DNA of 64,000 nucleotides, from positions 1 to 64,000 of the forward strand of contig CAWFJP010000010.1 in assembly GCA_963816145.1 (NCBI GenBank), in the 5' to 3' direction. Positions 30,222-41,297 of this stretch are shown here, piece after piece. The number at the start of each line of letters is the position of its first letter. Within the stretch, counting starts at the first letter, position 1. This DNA comes from an uncultured delta proteobacterium. Lineage in GTDB: Bacteria; Desulfobacterota; Binatia; UBA9968. The notes below the pieces were generated by a model that saw only the letters and a program-made list of their open reading frames with translations, was not told where the DNA came from and searched no databases. Made by a program: the position numbers and the translations under genes.

Positions 30222-31625
30222 ATGGCTAACGCATCTGCACTTACTTTGCAGTTTCTCGGCGCCGCCGGCGGTGTCACCGGGTCGAAGTTTTTGTTCTCCA
30301 ATAATTCAGATCAATTTTTGATCGACTGCGGTCTGTTTCAGGGATTGAAAGAGCTACGGCAAAAAAATTGGGCGCCGTTACCCGTCGATCTGGCCCAGTT
30401 GGGCGCGGTGGTGCTGACGCATGCGCATATCGATCACTCGGGCTATCTGCCGCGGGTGGTGGCTAAAGGGTTTCGCGGACCGGTCTATGCGACGCCGGGA
30501 ACCTGCGATTTATTGCATGTGATGTTGCCCGATGCGGCGCATTTACAGGAGGAAGAAGCGCGTTACGCCAACCGCAAAGGCTATTCGAAGCATGCGCCCG
30601 CGTTGCCGCTTTACACCGTGGAAGATGCCGAGGCGACGCTCAGGCTGCTGCGCCCCGTGCGAGTCGGGCAAAAGGTTGAAGTGGTCAAAGGCGTGGTCGT
30701 CGATTTTGGCCGGGTCGGGCACATCCTGGGGGCGGGTTCGGCGCGATTCACATTTGACGTGAATGGGCAAAAAAAACAGTTGGTCGATTCCGGCGATCTC
30801 GGCCGCTATGACCGGCCGATCCTGAAAGATCCGGAACCCGGCGGCACGGCGGATTGGCTGATGATCGAGTCGACTTACGGTAATCGCATCCATCCGAAGG
30901 AATCCGAAGCTGAATTGCGCGCGTTGATCAAAGAAACGGCGGCGCAACGCCGTTGTCTGGTGATTCCGGCCTTCGCCATCGGCCGGACCCAGGACTTGGT
31001 CTATACGATTCGCAAAATGGAGGATGAAGGGGAGATTCCAACGATCCCAGTCTACGTCGATAGCCCGATGGCCATCGAAGCGACGGAGATCTACTCGCGC
31101 CACACCGAGGAGCATGATTTTGAAATGGCGCAGTTGAGCAATCACGAGCGCAACCCGTTGCGCTCGCGCCACATGATCGTGGCCAAGACTCCGGAACAAT
31201 CCAAAGCGATCAATGACGTCAAGGGCGCGATGATTATTATTTCCGCCAGCGGTATGGCGACCGGCGGCCGGGTACTGCACCATCTGAAACACCGATTGCC
31301 CAATCCTGATACCACGGTCTTGCTCGCCGGCTATCAGGCCGAGGGGACCCGCGGCCGCTCGCTGCAAGACGGCGCCAAGGAAATCAAAATGCTCGGCGAA
31401 GTTATACCCGTGCGGGCCAAGGTGAAAGTTCTCGACGGCTTTTCCGCGCATGCGGACCAAGGCGAGATCCTGCGTTGGCTCGGAACGTTTACCAAGCCGC
31501 CGAAGATGACCTACATCGTCCATGGCGAGCACGCCGGTGCAACCGCGCTGGCCGATATCATTCGCGAGCGGTTGAAATGGACCGTCGAGATTGCCAACTA
31601 TCAGCAGAAGGTGACGCTGGCCTAG
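30222..31625 (+). CDS. Beta-CASP metallo-beta-lactamase-fold ribonuclease
   Basis: THAHIDHSG, GHILG, IESTYG, PAFAIGRTQ, SASGM, FSAHAD, VHGE. Confidence 0.92.
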   Translation: MANASALTLQFLGAAGGVTGSKFLFSNNSDQFLIDCGLFQGLKELRQKNWAPLPVDLAQLGAVVLTHAHIDHSGYLPRVVAKGFRGPVYATPGTCDLLHVMLPDAAHLQEEEARYANRKGYSKHAPALPLYTVEDAEATLRLLRPVRVGQKVEVVKGVVVDFGRVGHILGAGSARFTFDVNGQKKQLVDSGDLGRYDRPILKDPEPGGTADWLMIESTYGNRIHPKESEAELRALIKETAAQRRCLVIPAFAIGRTQDLVYTIRKMEDEGEIPTIPVYVDSPMAIEATEIYSRHTEEHDFEMAQLSNHERNPLRSRHMIVAKTPEQSKAINDVKGAMIIISASGMATGGRVLHHLKHRLPNPDTTVLLAGYQAEGTRGRSLQDGAKEIKMLGEVIPVRAKVKVLDGFSAHADQGEILRWLGTFTKPPKMTYIVHGEHAGATALADIIRERLKWTVEIANYQQKVTLA

Positions 31626-31691
31626 TTAAGTGAATGCGACCGCCGGTTGCCCCGCGCATCGGCACTATGGCCGCAAAAGGGCGATAGTAAA

Positions 31692-34145
31692 ATGCTCGAT
31701 CCGATCTGTGACATGACCGTCGATCCGGCCCAGGCAGCCGGGAAATTCGACTTCGCGGGCGAGACGTACTTTTTCTGCAGCGTTCATTGTCAAAAACAAT
31801 TTCAGAGCGATCCCGCCAAGTATCTCGCCGCCGCTAAGGCGCGGCAATGTGCGCCGCCTGCCGCCGCAGCGCATCAAGCTCACACGCAGCATGTTGAAGC
31901 GAAACCGGACCAGAGTGGCGCCATCTACACTTGTCCCATGGACCCCGAGGTGCGCCAGCACGGGGCGGGCGCATGTCCCAAGTGTGGCATGGCGCTGGAA
32001 CCGCTCGACATCGGCGCGGCGTTGACCAAGACTGAATATACCTGCCCGATGCATCCCGAAGTCGTCAGCGATGCTCCGGGTTCTTGTCCGAAATGCGGCA
32101 TGGCCCTGGAGCCTCGGACCGTCGCGCTGACGGAGGAGCAGAACCCCGAGCTTAAGGACATGACGCGGCGATTTTGGCTCGGTGCGGCGCTGTCGATTCC
32201 AGTCTTGCTCGTTGCGATGTCGGATATGCTACCTGAGCAGCCGCTGCATCAGATGTTTTCACCGCGCCAGCTCATCTGGTTTCAATTTCTTCTCTCAACT
32301 CCGGTTGTGCTCTGGTGCGGCTGGCCGTTTTTTCAACGTGCATGGACATCACTGGTCAATCGCAGTCCAAACATGTTCACGCTGATAGGCATGGGTGTGG
32401 GCACGGCTTATGGGTACAGCTTGGTTGCGACCCTGGTGCCGGAATGGTTCCCCGATTCCTTCCGCGGTCATGGCGGTGAAGTCGGTGTCTATTTCGAAGC
32501 GGCAGCCGTCATTACAACGCTTGTGCTGCTCGGCCAAGTGCTCGAACTGCGCGCGCGCAGTAAGACCAGCGGCGCGATTCGCGCGCTGCTTGGCCTCGCC
32601 CCTAAAACCGCGCGCTTGGTCGGAGCTGATGGCAGCGAGCGGGACATTCCGCTCGATCAAGTTAAACGCCGTGATCTCCTGCGAGTTCGCCCCGGTGAGA
32701 AAGTACCGGTCGACGGTATGGTCACCGAAGGGCAAAGCGCGGTCGATGAATCGATGGTGACCGGCGAGCCGATTCCAGTCGAGAAAGTCATCAACAGCAA
32801 AGTTACCGGCGGCACGGTCAACGGCACAGGCGCGTTCCTCATGCGCGCCGAACGAGTCGGGAGTGAGACTCTGCTGGCGCAGATCGTCCGCATGGTGAGC
32901 GAAGCCCAGCGCAGCCGCGCGCCGATTCAAAAATTGGCCGATTTGGTTTCGTCCTACTTCGTTCCTGCGGTGGTGGCAGTGGCGCTGCTCACTTTTGTTA
33001 TTTGGGCGCTGTTCGGACCCGAGCCGCGCTTGGGTTACGGGTTGGTCAACGCTGTGGCCGTGCTCATCATCGCTTGCCCCTGTGCGCTCGGGCTGGCGAC
33101 GCCGATGTCGATCATGGTCGGCACCGGGCGCGGCGCGAGCGCAGGTGTGTTGATCAAAAACGCCGAAGCGCTCGAAGTTCTGGAGAAAGTTAACACGGTG
33201 GTGGTCGACAAGACCGGCACGCTCACCGAGGGCAAGCCGAAGTTGGTGACCGTGGAAGTGGTGCCGGGAGCGAGTGAGTCTGAGGTGCTGCGGTTGGCGG
33301 CGAGTATCGAGAAGGCTAGCGAGCATCCTTTGGCCGCAGCAATTGTCGCCGGCGCTCAAGCCAGAGGTTTGCAGCTCGCCAAGGATCAAGGTTTTCAGTC
33401 GTATACCGGCAAAGGGATCTTCGGCGTCGTAGAAGGCAAACGCGTCGCCTTAGGGAACGCAAAACTATTCGATGACATGAAGATTGATGCAGCCGCCTTG
33501 CGTGATCGCGCCGAGGCGTTGCGCGTCGAAGGGCAGACCGTGATGTTGGTTGCCATCGAAAAGCAGCTGGCCGGTTTGATCGGCGTCGCCGATCCGGTGA
33601 AAGCTTCGACCGCTGAGGCTATTGCGCAGCTGCACGCTGAGGGCATTCGCGTCGTTATGCTCACCGGCGACAGCAAGGCGACGGCCGATGCGGTGGCACG
33701 CAAGCTCGGCATCGACGAAGTGCATGCCGAAGTGCTGCCGAGCCAGAAGGGTGAGGTGATCAAGCAGTTGCAGGCAGCGGGACGGATTGTCGCCATGGCC
33801 GGTGATGGTATCAACGACGCGCCGGCGCTAGCACAAGCACAGGTTGGCATTGCCATGGGGACGGGCACTGATATCGCGATGGAGAGCGCTAGTGTGACCT
33901 TGGTCAAAGGCGACCTGCGCGGCATCGTCAAGGCACGCCGCCTGAGCAAAGGAACGATGCGCAACATTCGGCAGAATCTTTTCTTCGCGTTCTTTTACAA
34001 CCTCCTAGGCGTTCCGCTCGCCGCCGGCATCCTCTATCCGCTGTTCGGAATTCTCCTGAGCCCGATGATCGCCAGCGCGGCGATGACCTTCAGTTCGGTG
34101 TCGGTGATTTCGAATGCGCTGCGCTTAAATGCCATAAAACTCTGA
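31692..34145 (+). CDS. copA: Cu(I)-translocating P1B-type ATPase with YHS and two YTCPMxPE metal-binding domains
   Basis: [23 protein letters not shown] and MxxSS motifs. Confidence 0.92.
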   Translation: MLDPICDMTVDPAQAAGKFDFAGETYFFCSVHCQKQFQSDPAKYLAAAKARQCAPPAAAAHQAHTQHVEAKPDQSGAIYTCPMDPEVRQHGAGACPKCGMALEPLDIGAALTKTEYTCPMHPEVVSDAPGSCPKCGMALEPRTVALTEEQNPELKDMTRRFWLGAALSIPVLLVAMSDMLPEQPLHQMFSPRQLIWFQFLLSTPVVLWCGWPFFQRAWTSLVNRSPNMFTLIGMGVGTAYGYSLVATLVPEWFPDSFRGHGGEVGVYFEAAAVITTLVLLGQVLELRARSKTSGAIRALLGLAPKTARLVGADGSERDIPLDQVKRRDLLRVRPGEKVPVDGMVTEGQSAVDESMVTGEPIPVEKVINSKVTGGTVNGTGAFLMRAERVGSETLLAQIVRMVSEAQRSRAPIQKLADLVSSYFVPAVVAVALLTFVIWALFGPEPRLGYGLVNAVAVLIIACPCALGLATPMSIMVGTGRGASAGVLIKNAEALEVLEKVNTVVVDKTGTLTEGKPKLVTVEVVPGASESEVLRLAASIEKASEHPLAAAIVAGAQARGLQLAKDQGFQSYTGKGIFGVVEGKRVALGNAKLFDDMKIDAAALRDRAEALRVEGQTVMLVAIEKQLAGLIGVADPVKASTAEAIAQLHAEGIRVVMLTGDSKATADAVARKLGIDEVHAEVLPSQKGEVIKQLQAAGRIVAMAGDGINDAPALAQAQVGIAMGTGTDIAMESASVTLVKGDLRGIVKARRLSKGTMRNIRQNLFFAFFYNLLGVPLAAGILYPLFGILLSPMIASAAMTFSSVSVISNALRLNAIKL

Positions 34146-34370
34146 CGGAGTGATGTTCGGATGGCGCCCAAGTTGTTGGCAACTGCTGCTCAGTAAGGCA
34201 TCAGATCGATCCGTCATGTCGTTGTCCGGTGGCGCAAAGACGGTCGCGAGTTCGACCGGTTTGGGAATTTCTCCCGCGAACTTGTTTAATTTCAAAGGTG
34301 TTTAGAGTAATAGTGGCTACGTCGTCTGGGGTCGGCGTATCTCTTGCATTGTGCGAACTTGGATGAATCC

Positions 34371-35483
34371 ATGTCAATTATAAAAGTCGAAGGCGTCACC
34401 AAACTGTATAAGGACCTGAAGGCACTCGATAACGTTAGTTTCGAGTTCGAAAAGGGGATACTTTCGTTTCTCGGGCCATCGGGGTGCGGTAAGACAACCT
34501 TGTTGCGTTCGATCGCCGGTCTAGAAATTCCCGACGCAGGGTCGATTTCCATCGGCGACAAGGTCCAGACTTCCATCGAGGGTGGTATTCTCATTCCGCC
34601 TTATTCCCGCGAGATCGGCTTCGTTTTTCAGAATTATGCGCTCTGGCCGCATATGACGGTTTATAAAAATGTCGCGTTTGCCTTGAATCTACGCAAGCTA
34701 CCGACGGAACAGGTTAAGCGGCGTGTGCTGGCGTCGTTGGAGTTGGTCGGTTTAGGCGGGCGCGAGGATCGTTATCCCTCGCAGTTGAGCGGCGGTCAGC
34801 AGCAGCGCGTCGCCCTGGCGCGCAGTATCGTGATGGAGCCACGCTTGATCCTCCTGGACGAACCGCTCAGTAACTTGGACGCCAAGCTGCGCGAAGAAAT
34901 GCGCGTCGAACTGAAGAAACTCATCAAGAAGGTCGGCATCAGCGCGTTGTACGTGACCCATGACCAAGAAGAGGCGTTCGTGATTTCCGACAAGGTTATC
35001 GTCATGAACGCCGGAAGGATTTTGCAGTACGATTCACCGGACGAGCTTTACAGCCATCCTTCCGATCCGTTTGTCGCTGCGTTTATCGGCCATTCGACCT
35101 TGGTCGAAGGTCATGTGATCAAGGCGATGGGTGGAGAATGTGTGGTGCAGATACCCGAATTCGATAATGCGACACTTATCTGTGCCGCGCCCAGGAGCGG
35201 TTTGGCCAGCGGACCGTGCAGCGTGGTGATCAAGAACGGCGATCTGCGGTTGCGTAACGAAGCGTTTCCGGCCGATGCGATCAACGTCCTGGTCGGCGCC
35301 ATGACCAGTCGCGAGTATCGCGGCGGTCTCACCGACCACCGAGTGCAGATTGGGTCTAAGGAAGTGGTCGTCACCTCGCACCGGCTCTGCCCGATGATTA
35401 GCGTCGAGGGCGAAGGCGATAAGGTTTTTCTTTGCATCGAAAAATCGGCCATCAGTCTCATCCCTAAACGCGCCGCCGCGTAG
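34371..35483 (+). CDS. ABC transporter ATP-binding protein (Fe3+/polyamine family)
   Basis: GPSGCGKT, LSGGQQQR, LLDEPLSNLD, VTHDQEEA. Confidence 0.93.
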   Translation: MSIIKVEGVTKLYKDLKALDNVSFEFEKGILSFLGPSGCGKTTLLRSIAGLEIPDAGSISIGDKVQTSIEGGILIPPYSREIGFVFQNYALWPHMTVYKNVAFALNLRKLPTEQVKRRVLASLELVGLGGREDRYPSQLSGGQQQRVALARSIVMEPRLILLDEPLSNLDAKLREEMRVELKKLIKKVGISALYVTHDQEEAFVISDKVIVMNAGRILQYDSPDELYSHPSDPFVAAFIGHSTLVEGHVIKAMGGECVVQIPEFDNATLICAAPRSGLASGPCSVVIKNGDLRLRNEAFPADAINVLVGAMTSREYRGGLTDHRVQIGSKEVVVTSHRLCPMISVEGEGDKVFLCIEKSAISLIPKRAAA

Positions 35484-35514
35484 CGCGGATGAAATACCTA
35501 GGAGAATTGTCCGC

Positions 35515-37212
35515 GTGACTTGGAAAGCCAATCAGTTGGCCCTGCGCCAGGGCAGCTTGTTCCCATTGTGTGCCAGCGCGGTGGCCGGTGTGGTGATTCT
35601 TTCGCCGGTGGTGGTCGTCATGTGGCGCAGCTTCACCAGTGGGAAATTAGGCTTCAACGTCGGCCTCAACTTGGCTAATTACCTCCGCGTCATTAACGAC
35701 AAGGATCTTTGGCCGATGCTCTACAATTCGCTGGTCTACGCCGGCGGCTCGGCGCTATTAGGAACCGGCATCGGGGCCATGTTGGCCTGGATTGTCGCGC
35801 GCACCAATACGCCAGGAAAAGCCTTGGTCGAGCTCATGCCGCTCTATCCGCTGTTGATGCCGCCGATAATGAAAAACATCGCCTGGATTCTTCTGCTGGC
35901 GCCAAGGTCGGGGATCTTAAACGGGATGCTCGATCAGTTTCTCGGGATTACTTATCCAGTCTTTAACGCTTTCACCATGGTGGGGATGATTTGGACCTTC
36001 GGCATCGCATGCGTGCCGTTGGGCTACTTGTTCCTGCTCCCGGTGTTCTTGTCTTTCGATCCGTCGCTGGAAGAGAGCGCCTATATCGCCGGCAGCAAGC
36101 CGGTGAACACCATGCTGAAGATCACTTTCCCGCTAGCGGTTCCGGCATTCGTTTCCGCTTTCGTGCTCAACTTTTTGCGCGCGTTGCGATCCTTTGAAAC
36201 TCCCGTGCTCCAAGGGACTCCGGGCAACATTAAGGTGTTTGTCAGCCGCGTCTACGATTCCATGGCTTTGGAATTCAACACCGGGCTGGCGACCGCCTAT
36301 AGTGTCGTGCTCGTCATCCTGTCGGTTATTACGCTCTATTTCTATGTTCGGGCGACGCGCTTCTCCGAGCGCTATGCGACGATCACCGGTAAAGGTTACC
36401 GAGTGAAAGTAATCGACATCGGCCCATGGAAATATTTAACGTTTGCCGCTGTCTGTCTCTACTTTCTCGCCGGCATTGCGATTCCGTTCGTAGTGTTGAT
36501 CATCGTCTCGATCATCCCTTATTTCGACTACGATACCTTTATGAACTTTCCCGCCCAGATGAGCTTGAAGAATTATTCAACGGTATTGCGCCATGCGAGC
36601 TTCGTCAATGGATTGCGTAACTCGGTCTTGCTGGCGGTGACGATCGCTTTGGTGACCGTATTGGCGGGCATCGTCATGGCGTTTACGATTCACCGCACAC
36701 GCGCGTTTGGCACCAAGATCTTTGAGTTCATCGGCACGTTGCCGCTTGCTTTCCCGCCGCTAGTGCTATCGGTTGGCTTGGTGATCATTTTTCTTGGCAC
36801 GCCGCTTTACAATAGCCTTTGGGCGCTGGGTTTGGGGCTGTTCGTGGCCTACTTTCCTTACGCATTTCGCAATGCATCGGGCGCCATCGTCAATATTCAC
36901 AAGGAGCTGGACGAAGCTGCGTGGGTCCACGGCGCGCGTTGGCGCCACGTATTTTTCAAAATTACCCTGCCGATACTCAAGCCAGCAGTGGGCGGCGCGC
37001 TGTTCTATATTTTTATCGAGGCGATCCGCAACGTCGATGTTGCGGTGTTGCTGACGGCCCCCGGTTTGGAATATGGTCCGGTGACATTGTTCGAGTATTT
37101 TCGTGTCGGCCAATGGGCCGAGGCTGCAGCCGGTGGCGTGATCTATTTGATTATCTTGATCGTTGCCGTGTCTGTGGCTAAATTCGCATTCAAAATGAAG
37201 TTCAGCCTGTGA
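35515..37212 (+). CDS. ABC transporter permease (FbpB-like, duplicated domain)
   Basis: About 12 TM helices; EAA loops LEESAYIAG and LDEAAWVHGA. Confidence 0.92.
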   Translation: MTWKANQLALRQGSLFPLCASAVAGVVILSPVVVVMWRSFTSGKLGFNVGLNLANYLRVINDKDLWPMLYNSLVYAGGSALLGTGIGAMLAWIVARTNTPGKALVELMPLYPLLMPPIMKNIAWILLLAPRSGILNGMLDQFLGITYPVFNAFTMVGMIWTFGIACVPLGYLFLLPVFLSFDPSLEESAYIAGSKPVNTMLKITFPLAVPAFVSAFVLNFLRALRSFETPVLQGTPGNIKVFVSRVYDSMALEFNTGLATAYSVVLVILSVITLYFYVRATRFSERYATITGKGYRVKVIDIGPWKYLTFAAVCLYFLAGIAIPFVVLIIVSIIPYFDYDTFMNFPAQMSLKNYSTVLRHASFVNGLRNSVLLAVTIALVTVLAGIVMAFTIHRTRAFGTKIFEFIGTLPLAFPPLVLSVGLVIIFLGTPLYNSLWALGLGLFVAYFPYAFRNASGAIVNIHKELDEAAWVHGARWRHVFFKITLPILKPAVGGALFYIFIEAIRNVDVAVLLTAPGLEYGPVTLFEYFRVGQWAEAAAGGVIYLIILIVAVSVAKFAFKMKFSL

Positions 37213-37256
37213 ACTTTCGTCAAATTAACGAATTGAAGGACAAAAGGGAGGGGAGA

Positions 37257-38423
37257 ATGCAAAATCAATCATCGGTGCTGATGGCGCTCGCGCTGTCCGC
37301 AAGTGTTGTTCTCGGCATGGCGCAGGCCGCGGAGAAAGCTCCAACTAAAGAAACGGTGAAGCCGGCTCCCGCGGCAGTCCCGGCTAAAAAACCGGCCGGG
37401 GGTCAACAGGTTAAGCGAGAAACCGCAGCGGCGGGCGCAACGGCAGCGGCGGCAAAGGCGTACGCGCAAGTGGCCGCTGAGCTTTATCCGAAAGCGAAAC
37501 AAGAAGGAAATTTAGTCGTTTACTCGGTCTGGGATGTCGAACATCTCAAAGTCATCACGGACGCGTTTATGAAACGCTTTCCAGGGATCAAAGCGACCTA
37601 CTGGCAGGGACGCAACCCGGAAATCGTCACCAGGGCTTTGACCGAGTTCCAAGGAGGCCAAGCGAGTTGGGACGTGGTGCTGTCGGACAACGCGCCGCCG
37701 GTTATCAGAGCTGCCGGCGCGATCATGGATTACAACACAGTGCAGCGCGATGTGTTGTATCTACACGATCCCAACATGGCGACGGTGAGCTTGCAGATTC
37801 AAGCGCTCGCTTACAATACCAAAAAAATGAAACCTGCCGATATGCCCAAGAGCTGGGAAGAAGTTGCCAATCCGAAATACAAAGGGATGGTTGCGCTGGA
37901 TGATCCGATGCGAGCTGGACCGTTAAGCTCGATGTTGTCCGGATTGAAGACGCAGTGGAACGACGACAATCGCTTCAACAATTTCGTCAAAGGCTTGAAA
38001 GCGCTCAACGTTCCCGTGCACAAAAGCACGAGTGCCATGTTTCGCTTGGTGATCTCGGGCGAGTACCCGATCTGTATGCCTGCGTTGTTGCACGACGTAA
38101 TGGAAGAAATGGGTAAGGGCACTCCTGTGGCCTATGTCAAAACTGTGCCTCCCGTGGTATTTCCACGCCAAGCGGGAATTTATGCTAAAGCGCCGAATCC
38201 TAATACCGCGAAGCTATTCGCCGAATGGTTGATTTCGGATGAAGGACAGAAAACCATCGATTCCGTCGGACGGGAATCGTCGCGCAATGATTTCAAGTCG
38301 CATACGTCGATCGAAGCGGCCTACGGCAAAGCCATGAAGCCGCTGCCGGTGACCGACCAGCAGTTTCTGGGTGATCCCAACTCTTGGCTGAATAAGTACG
38401 TAAAGCCGGTCTGGGAAGGATAG
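37257..38423 (+). CDS. ABC substrate-binding protein (FbpA/AfuA-like)
   Basis: GGGAG RBS; signal peptide; AKQEGNLVVYS; APNPNTAKLFAEWLISDEGQ. Confidence 0.9.
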   Translation: MQNQSSVLMALALSASVVLGMAQAAEKAPTKETVKPAPAAVPAKKPAGGQQVKRETAAAGATAAAAKAYAQVAAELYPKAKQEGNLVVYSVWDVEHLKVITDAFMKRFPGIKATYWQGRNPEIVTRALTEFQGGQASWDVVLSDNAPPVIRAAGAIMDYNTVQRDVLYLHDPNMATVSLQIQALAYNTKKMKPADMPKSWEEVANPKYKGMVALDDPMRAGPLSSMLSGLKTQWNDDNRFNNFVKGLKALNVPVHKSTSAMFRLVISGEYPICMPALLHDVMEEMGKGTPVAYVKTVPPVVFPRQAGIYAKAPNPNTAKLFAEWLISDEGQKTIDSVGRESSRNDFKSHTSIEAAYGKAMKPLPVTDQQFLGDPNSWLNKYVKPVWEG

Positions 38424-38450
38424 TCGGCTTTTCAGCGGATTCAGTGACGG

Positions 38451-38489
38451 GGGAGCTTGCGGTTGATCTAACGCGAGCTCCCCTTTTTT
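38451..38489 (+). terminator. Intrinsic terminator of the ABC operon
   Basis: GGGAGCTTGCG..CGCGAGCTCCC followed by T7. Confidence 0.85.
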
Positions 38490-38673
38490 GTTTGTATCCG
38501 GCGGATCACCGTGCGGTTTTGGGGTGCATTCTCTAGAAAAACGTGAATCGGTATGTTAGTTTCAGCGGACCTGTTAGAGCGTTTGGCTCCATGCGTCGTA
38601 TCCGTCAAGACCAATAGCGAAAAGATGCATGTTTTCTGGCGGCGATTGCCAGATCTTGAACTTGGACCGGCAC

Positions 38674-38764
38674 GGAGAGATGGCCGAGTGGTCTAAGGCG
38701 CACGCCTGCTAAGCGTGTGTACCCCAAAAGGGTACCGAGGGTTCAAATCCCTCTCTCTCCGCCA
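38674..38764 (+). tRNA. tRNA-Ser (anticodon GCT)
   Basis: GGAGAGA/TCTCTCC stem, CACGC-CT GCT AA-GCGTG, long variable arm, GCCA. Confidence 0.96.
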
Positions 38765-38837
38765 TTTTGCCTTGCAATAGAGGCGATCCCAGATTCAAAT
38801 TTCCCGAGTTGGAATTTGTAATCAAGGACTTAAGAAG

Positions 38838-38914
38838 GCGCCCGTAGCTCAATTGGACAGAGCACCAGACTACGAATCTGGGGGTTGGGGGTTCAAATCC
38901 CTCCGGGCGCGCCA
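38838..38914 (+). tRNA. tRNA-Arg (anticodon ACG)
   Basis: GCGCCCG/CGGGCGC stem, CCAGA-CT ACG AA-TCTGG, GCCA; 77 nt. Confidence 0.96.
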
Positions 38915-38971
38915 ACCGAGCGCTTTCATTAATCGACATTATCTACCGCCAAGTTTGGAGGAGAGTTTCTT

Positions 38972-39253
38972 ATGTCGAAGTCTTCGTATATCCAATTCAA
39001 CCGGCTTCTCTTGCTGCTCACCATCGCTATTTCGGCTCCCGGTTGCGTTACCACTTCCGAGAAGGTCGCGCCGTTTCAAGCAACCAGCCAAGACAAGCCG
39101 AGCGGATTTTTCGACCGGATGATGGATAATTTTTCTGAACGCGTTTGTAACGTCGGGAAGTTTACATGTCCGTACGGGTCAGGCTCCGCTGGAGAGCCTT
39201 GTGAGTGCGTTGGCCCGAACAACGTTGTCTACAACGGTCGCACCGTAAAATAA
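38972..39253 (+). CDS. Small Cys-rich putative lipoprotein
   Basis: GGAGGAG RBS; hydrophobic signal ending APGC; C-x6-C-x10-CxC motif. Confidence 0.7.
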   Translation: MSKSSYIQFNRLLLLLTIAISAPGCVTTSEKVAPFQATSQDKPSGFFDRMMDNFSERVCNVGKFTCPYGSGSAGEPCECVGPNNVVYNGRTVK

Positions 39254-39471
39254 CCCCGCCTGACATAGTTGTTGCGGTCGCGTCGTACATATTTCGTACT
39301 GTACAAGTCTCGCAAAAGTTGATTGGGCGCTATCCAGCGGATGTCCTGGCAATCGAAGTAATGAACCGCGCCGGCGATGGGGTGAGTGCTTTCATATTCT
39401 GGCATGTTTTTGTCTATCGATTGAGGCATGCTTGTTGCGTTTAATGCACTTCTTCGGATGTCTAGGAATTC

Positions 39472-39876
39472 ATGGTTAACGGCCAAGACAAGAAGATTCT
39501 GATCGTCGAAAAGCAGCCCAACTACACGCAACAGCTGGTCAAGCAAGTCATGTTTGCCGGGCTGTCGCCGGTGGTCGCTGTGACCGGTGAGGGAGGACTT
39601 CGCAAGGCGATCGAGCATCATCCAGACCTGATTTTGCTCGAGCTCGATCTTACCGACATGGATGGACTGCGATTCGTTACCTTATTAAAAGAACGTGAAA
39701 GCCTTCAAAACATTCCTATTGTCGCCATGAGCATCGTCGGCCAAATGAAAGCTGCAGCGCTCAAGGGCGGCTGTAACGACTTCATGGGTAAGCCTGTGAA
39801 GATGATCGAACTAATGGCCCGTATCCGGCAATTTATCTATGGGTCTCCCGGCGCACCGATGAAGTCACTGGGGTGA
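39472..39876 (+). CDS. Single-domain response regulator receiver (atypical)
   Basis: KILIVE..PDLILLE..MDG..IPIVAMS..GCNDFMGKP; Glu at the phospho-Asp position. Confidence 0.88.
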   Translation: MVNGQDKKILIVEKQPNYTQQLVKQVMFAGLSPVVAVTGEGGLRKAIEHHPDLILLELDLTDMDGLRFVTLLKERESLQNIPIVAMSIVGQMKAAALKGGCNDFMGKPVKMIELMARIRQFIYGSPGAPMKSLG

Positions 39877-40416
39877 CGGTCCCGCGGCAGGCGGCAGTCC
39901 GTGGTGCTTCGTTCTCGCTGCTAGCGACGGCGCGCGTTAAGGGCATCATGCTGTCGGTCGCAGCGCCAGACCACCTAGCCGCCAATCACGCTCACGACTC
40001 GCGTGCCGACGACGATCACCAGCGTCTGGTTTGTTTGGCTGGGGGGCGCTGCATTCCATTTTCGGGCCACTGAAACTCGCTACCTGAGGTCGGCTGAGTA
40101 CGGTCGCAGCTTTCTTCGCGGCAAGCGCAGCGGCTCCAGTTCACGTTGAGGATTGACGCAGCGTTGACGCGTTGCACGATTCTTGGTTTTCCCTTGGCGC
40201 GCATCGCCAACGGAGGTGCCCTCAAGGTCCCTGAAACACTCTGCCGGGTTAGACGAACCTCGGTCTGGCATTAAGTGAATTCGAGTCGATGGAACGCAGG
40301 ACTTGTCGCGGGCATTGGAAAGAGGTAGTTAGTCCGCTAAGCGATTTGCCTTGCGTGAGATCTCGGGTTTGCGGTTTGGTGGCTAGGAAAATTTGTCGAC
40401 CGAAAGGAGAACGATT

Positions 40417-41235
40417 ATGTCGATCATAACCATCGCTCACGGGGCCTATAGCGGCGGTAATGCGATCGCCGATATCGTTGCCAAGACTCTCGGTTACCAA
40501 TCCATCGATCGGGAGGTGTTGATTGAGGCGAGTAAGCGTTACGGGATTCCAGAAGCAAAGTATGTCGAAGTTCTCGAGGCCGAAAGCCGCTGGTGGGAGC
40601 GCTGGCGCGAGAGTCTGAGGCTCTACCGGATCACCTTGCAGGCGGCGATGTGTGAAGTCGCTCAAGGCGGCCAATTGGTCTACCACGGCCGAGCCGGACA
40701 GCAGCTGCTACCTGGCATCGGTCATGTCTTGCGGGTGCTGATTGTCGCGCCAATGGACTATCGCATCGGCGTGGTGCGTGTGCAGAAGGGCATGGACGAG
40801 CAAAATGCGCGGCAGTTTATTCATGAACTCGATCGAGTGCGCGGCCGGCGTTTTCGCGCCTTGTTCAACGACGATTGGCAAGACCCTGTGGGCTACGATC
40901 TCGTGCTCAACAGTGGGCGGTTAAGCGCAGAAACTGCCGCGTCAATCATCGTCGAATTATCAAGGCACAGCGAGTTTCAACTGACGCCGAGTTCCAAGAC
41001 AGCGTTCGATGATCTGACCACGACCGCACGAGTGCAAGCAGCGTTGATCACGTCGCAAAAGACTCGCAACGTGGTTCTGAACATTCGCAGTGAGGCCGGC
41101 CGGGTCAGTATCTCGGGGATTCTCGCCGACCCGGAACTGGAAAAAGAGGTTGTGCGCATCGCCAAGACTGTGCCGGGAGTCGCTGAAGTTGTTACGGACA
41201 TCGAGCCGCCGCCCATGGAATATATGCACCCGTGA
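40417..41235 (+). CDS. Cytidylate kinase-like family protein with C-terminal BON domain
   Basis: AAGGAG RBS; IITIAHGAYSGG, YHGR, YDLVLN; BON-like GRVSISG..VPGVAEV. Confidence 0.85.
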   Translation: MSIITIAHGAYSGGNAIADIVAKTLGYQSIDREVLIEASKRYGIPEAKYVEVLEAESRWWERWRESLRLYRITLQAAMCEVAQGGQLVYHGRAGQQLLPGIGHVLRVLIVAPMDYRIGVVRVQKGMDEQNARQFIHELDRVRGRRFRALFNDDWQDPVGYDLVLNSGRLSAETAASIIVELSRHSEFQLTPSSKTAFDDLTTTARVQAALITSQKTRNVVLNIRSEAGRVSISGILADPELEKEVVRIAKTVPGVAEVVTDIEPPPMEYMHP

Positions 41236-41297
41236 AGTTTGGGTGCTTAGTTGTGAATATTTGACGTTACCGAGTGGTGTGGGCGTGGCTATTAGCA

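Noticed and set aside
26063-33967. Long minus-strand ORFs (26063-27184, 30543-31532, 32349-33389 and others)
   Set aside because: All lie antisense to well-supported genes (serS, beta-CASP nuclease, copA).
30064-38670. Inverted GTTCAA/TTGAAC motifs as terminal repeats of an element between two tRNA-Ser genes
   Set aside because: Match is short and degenerate; no transposase or target duplication.
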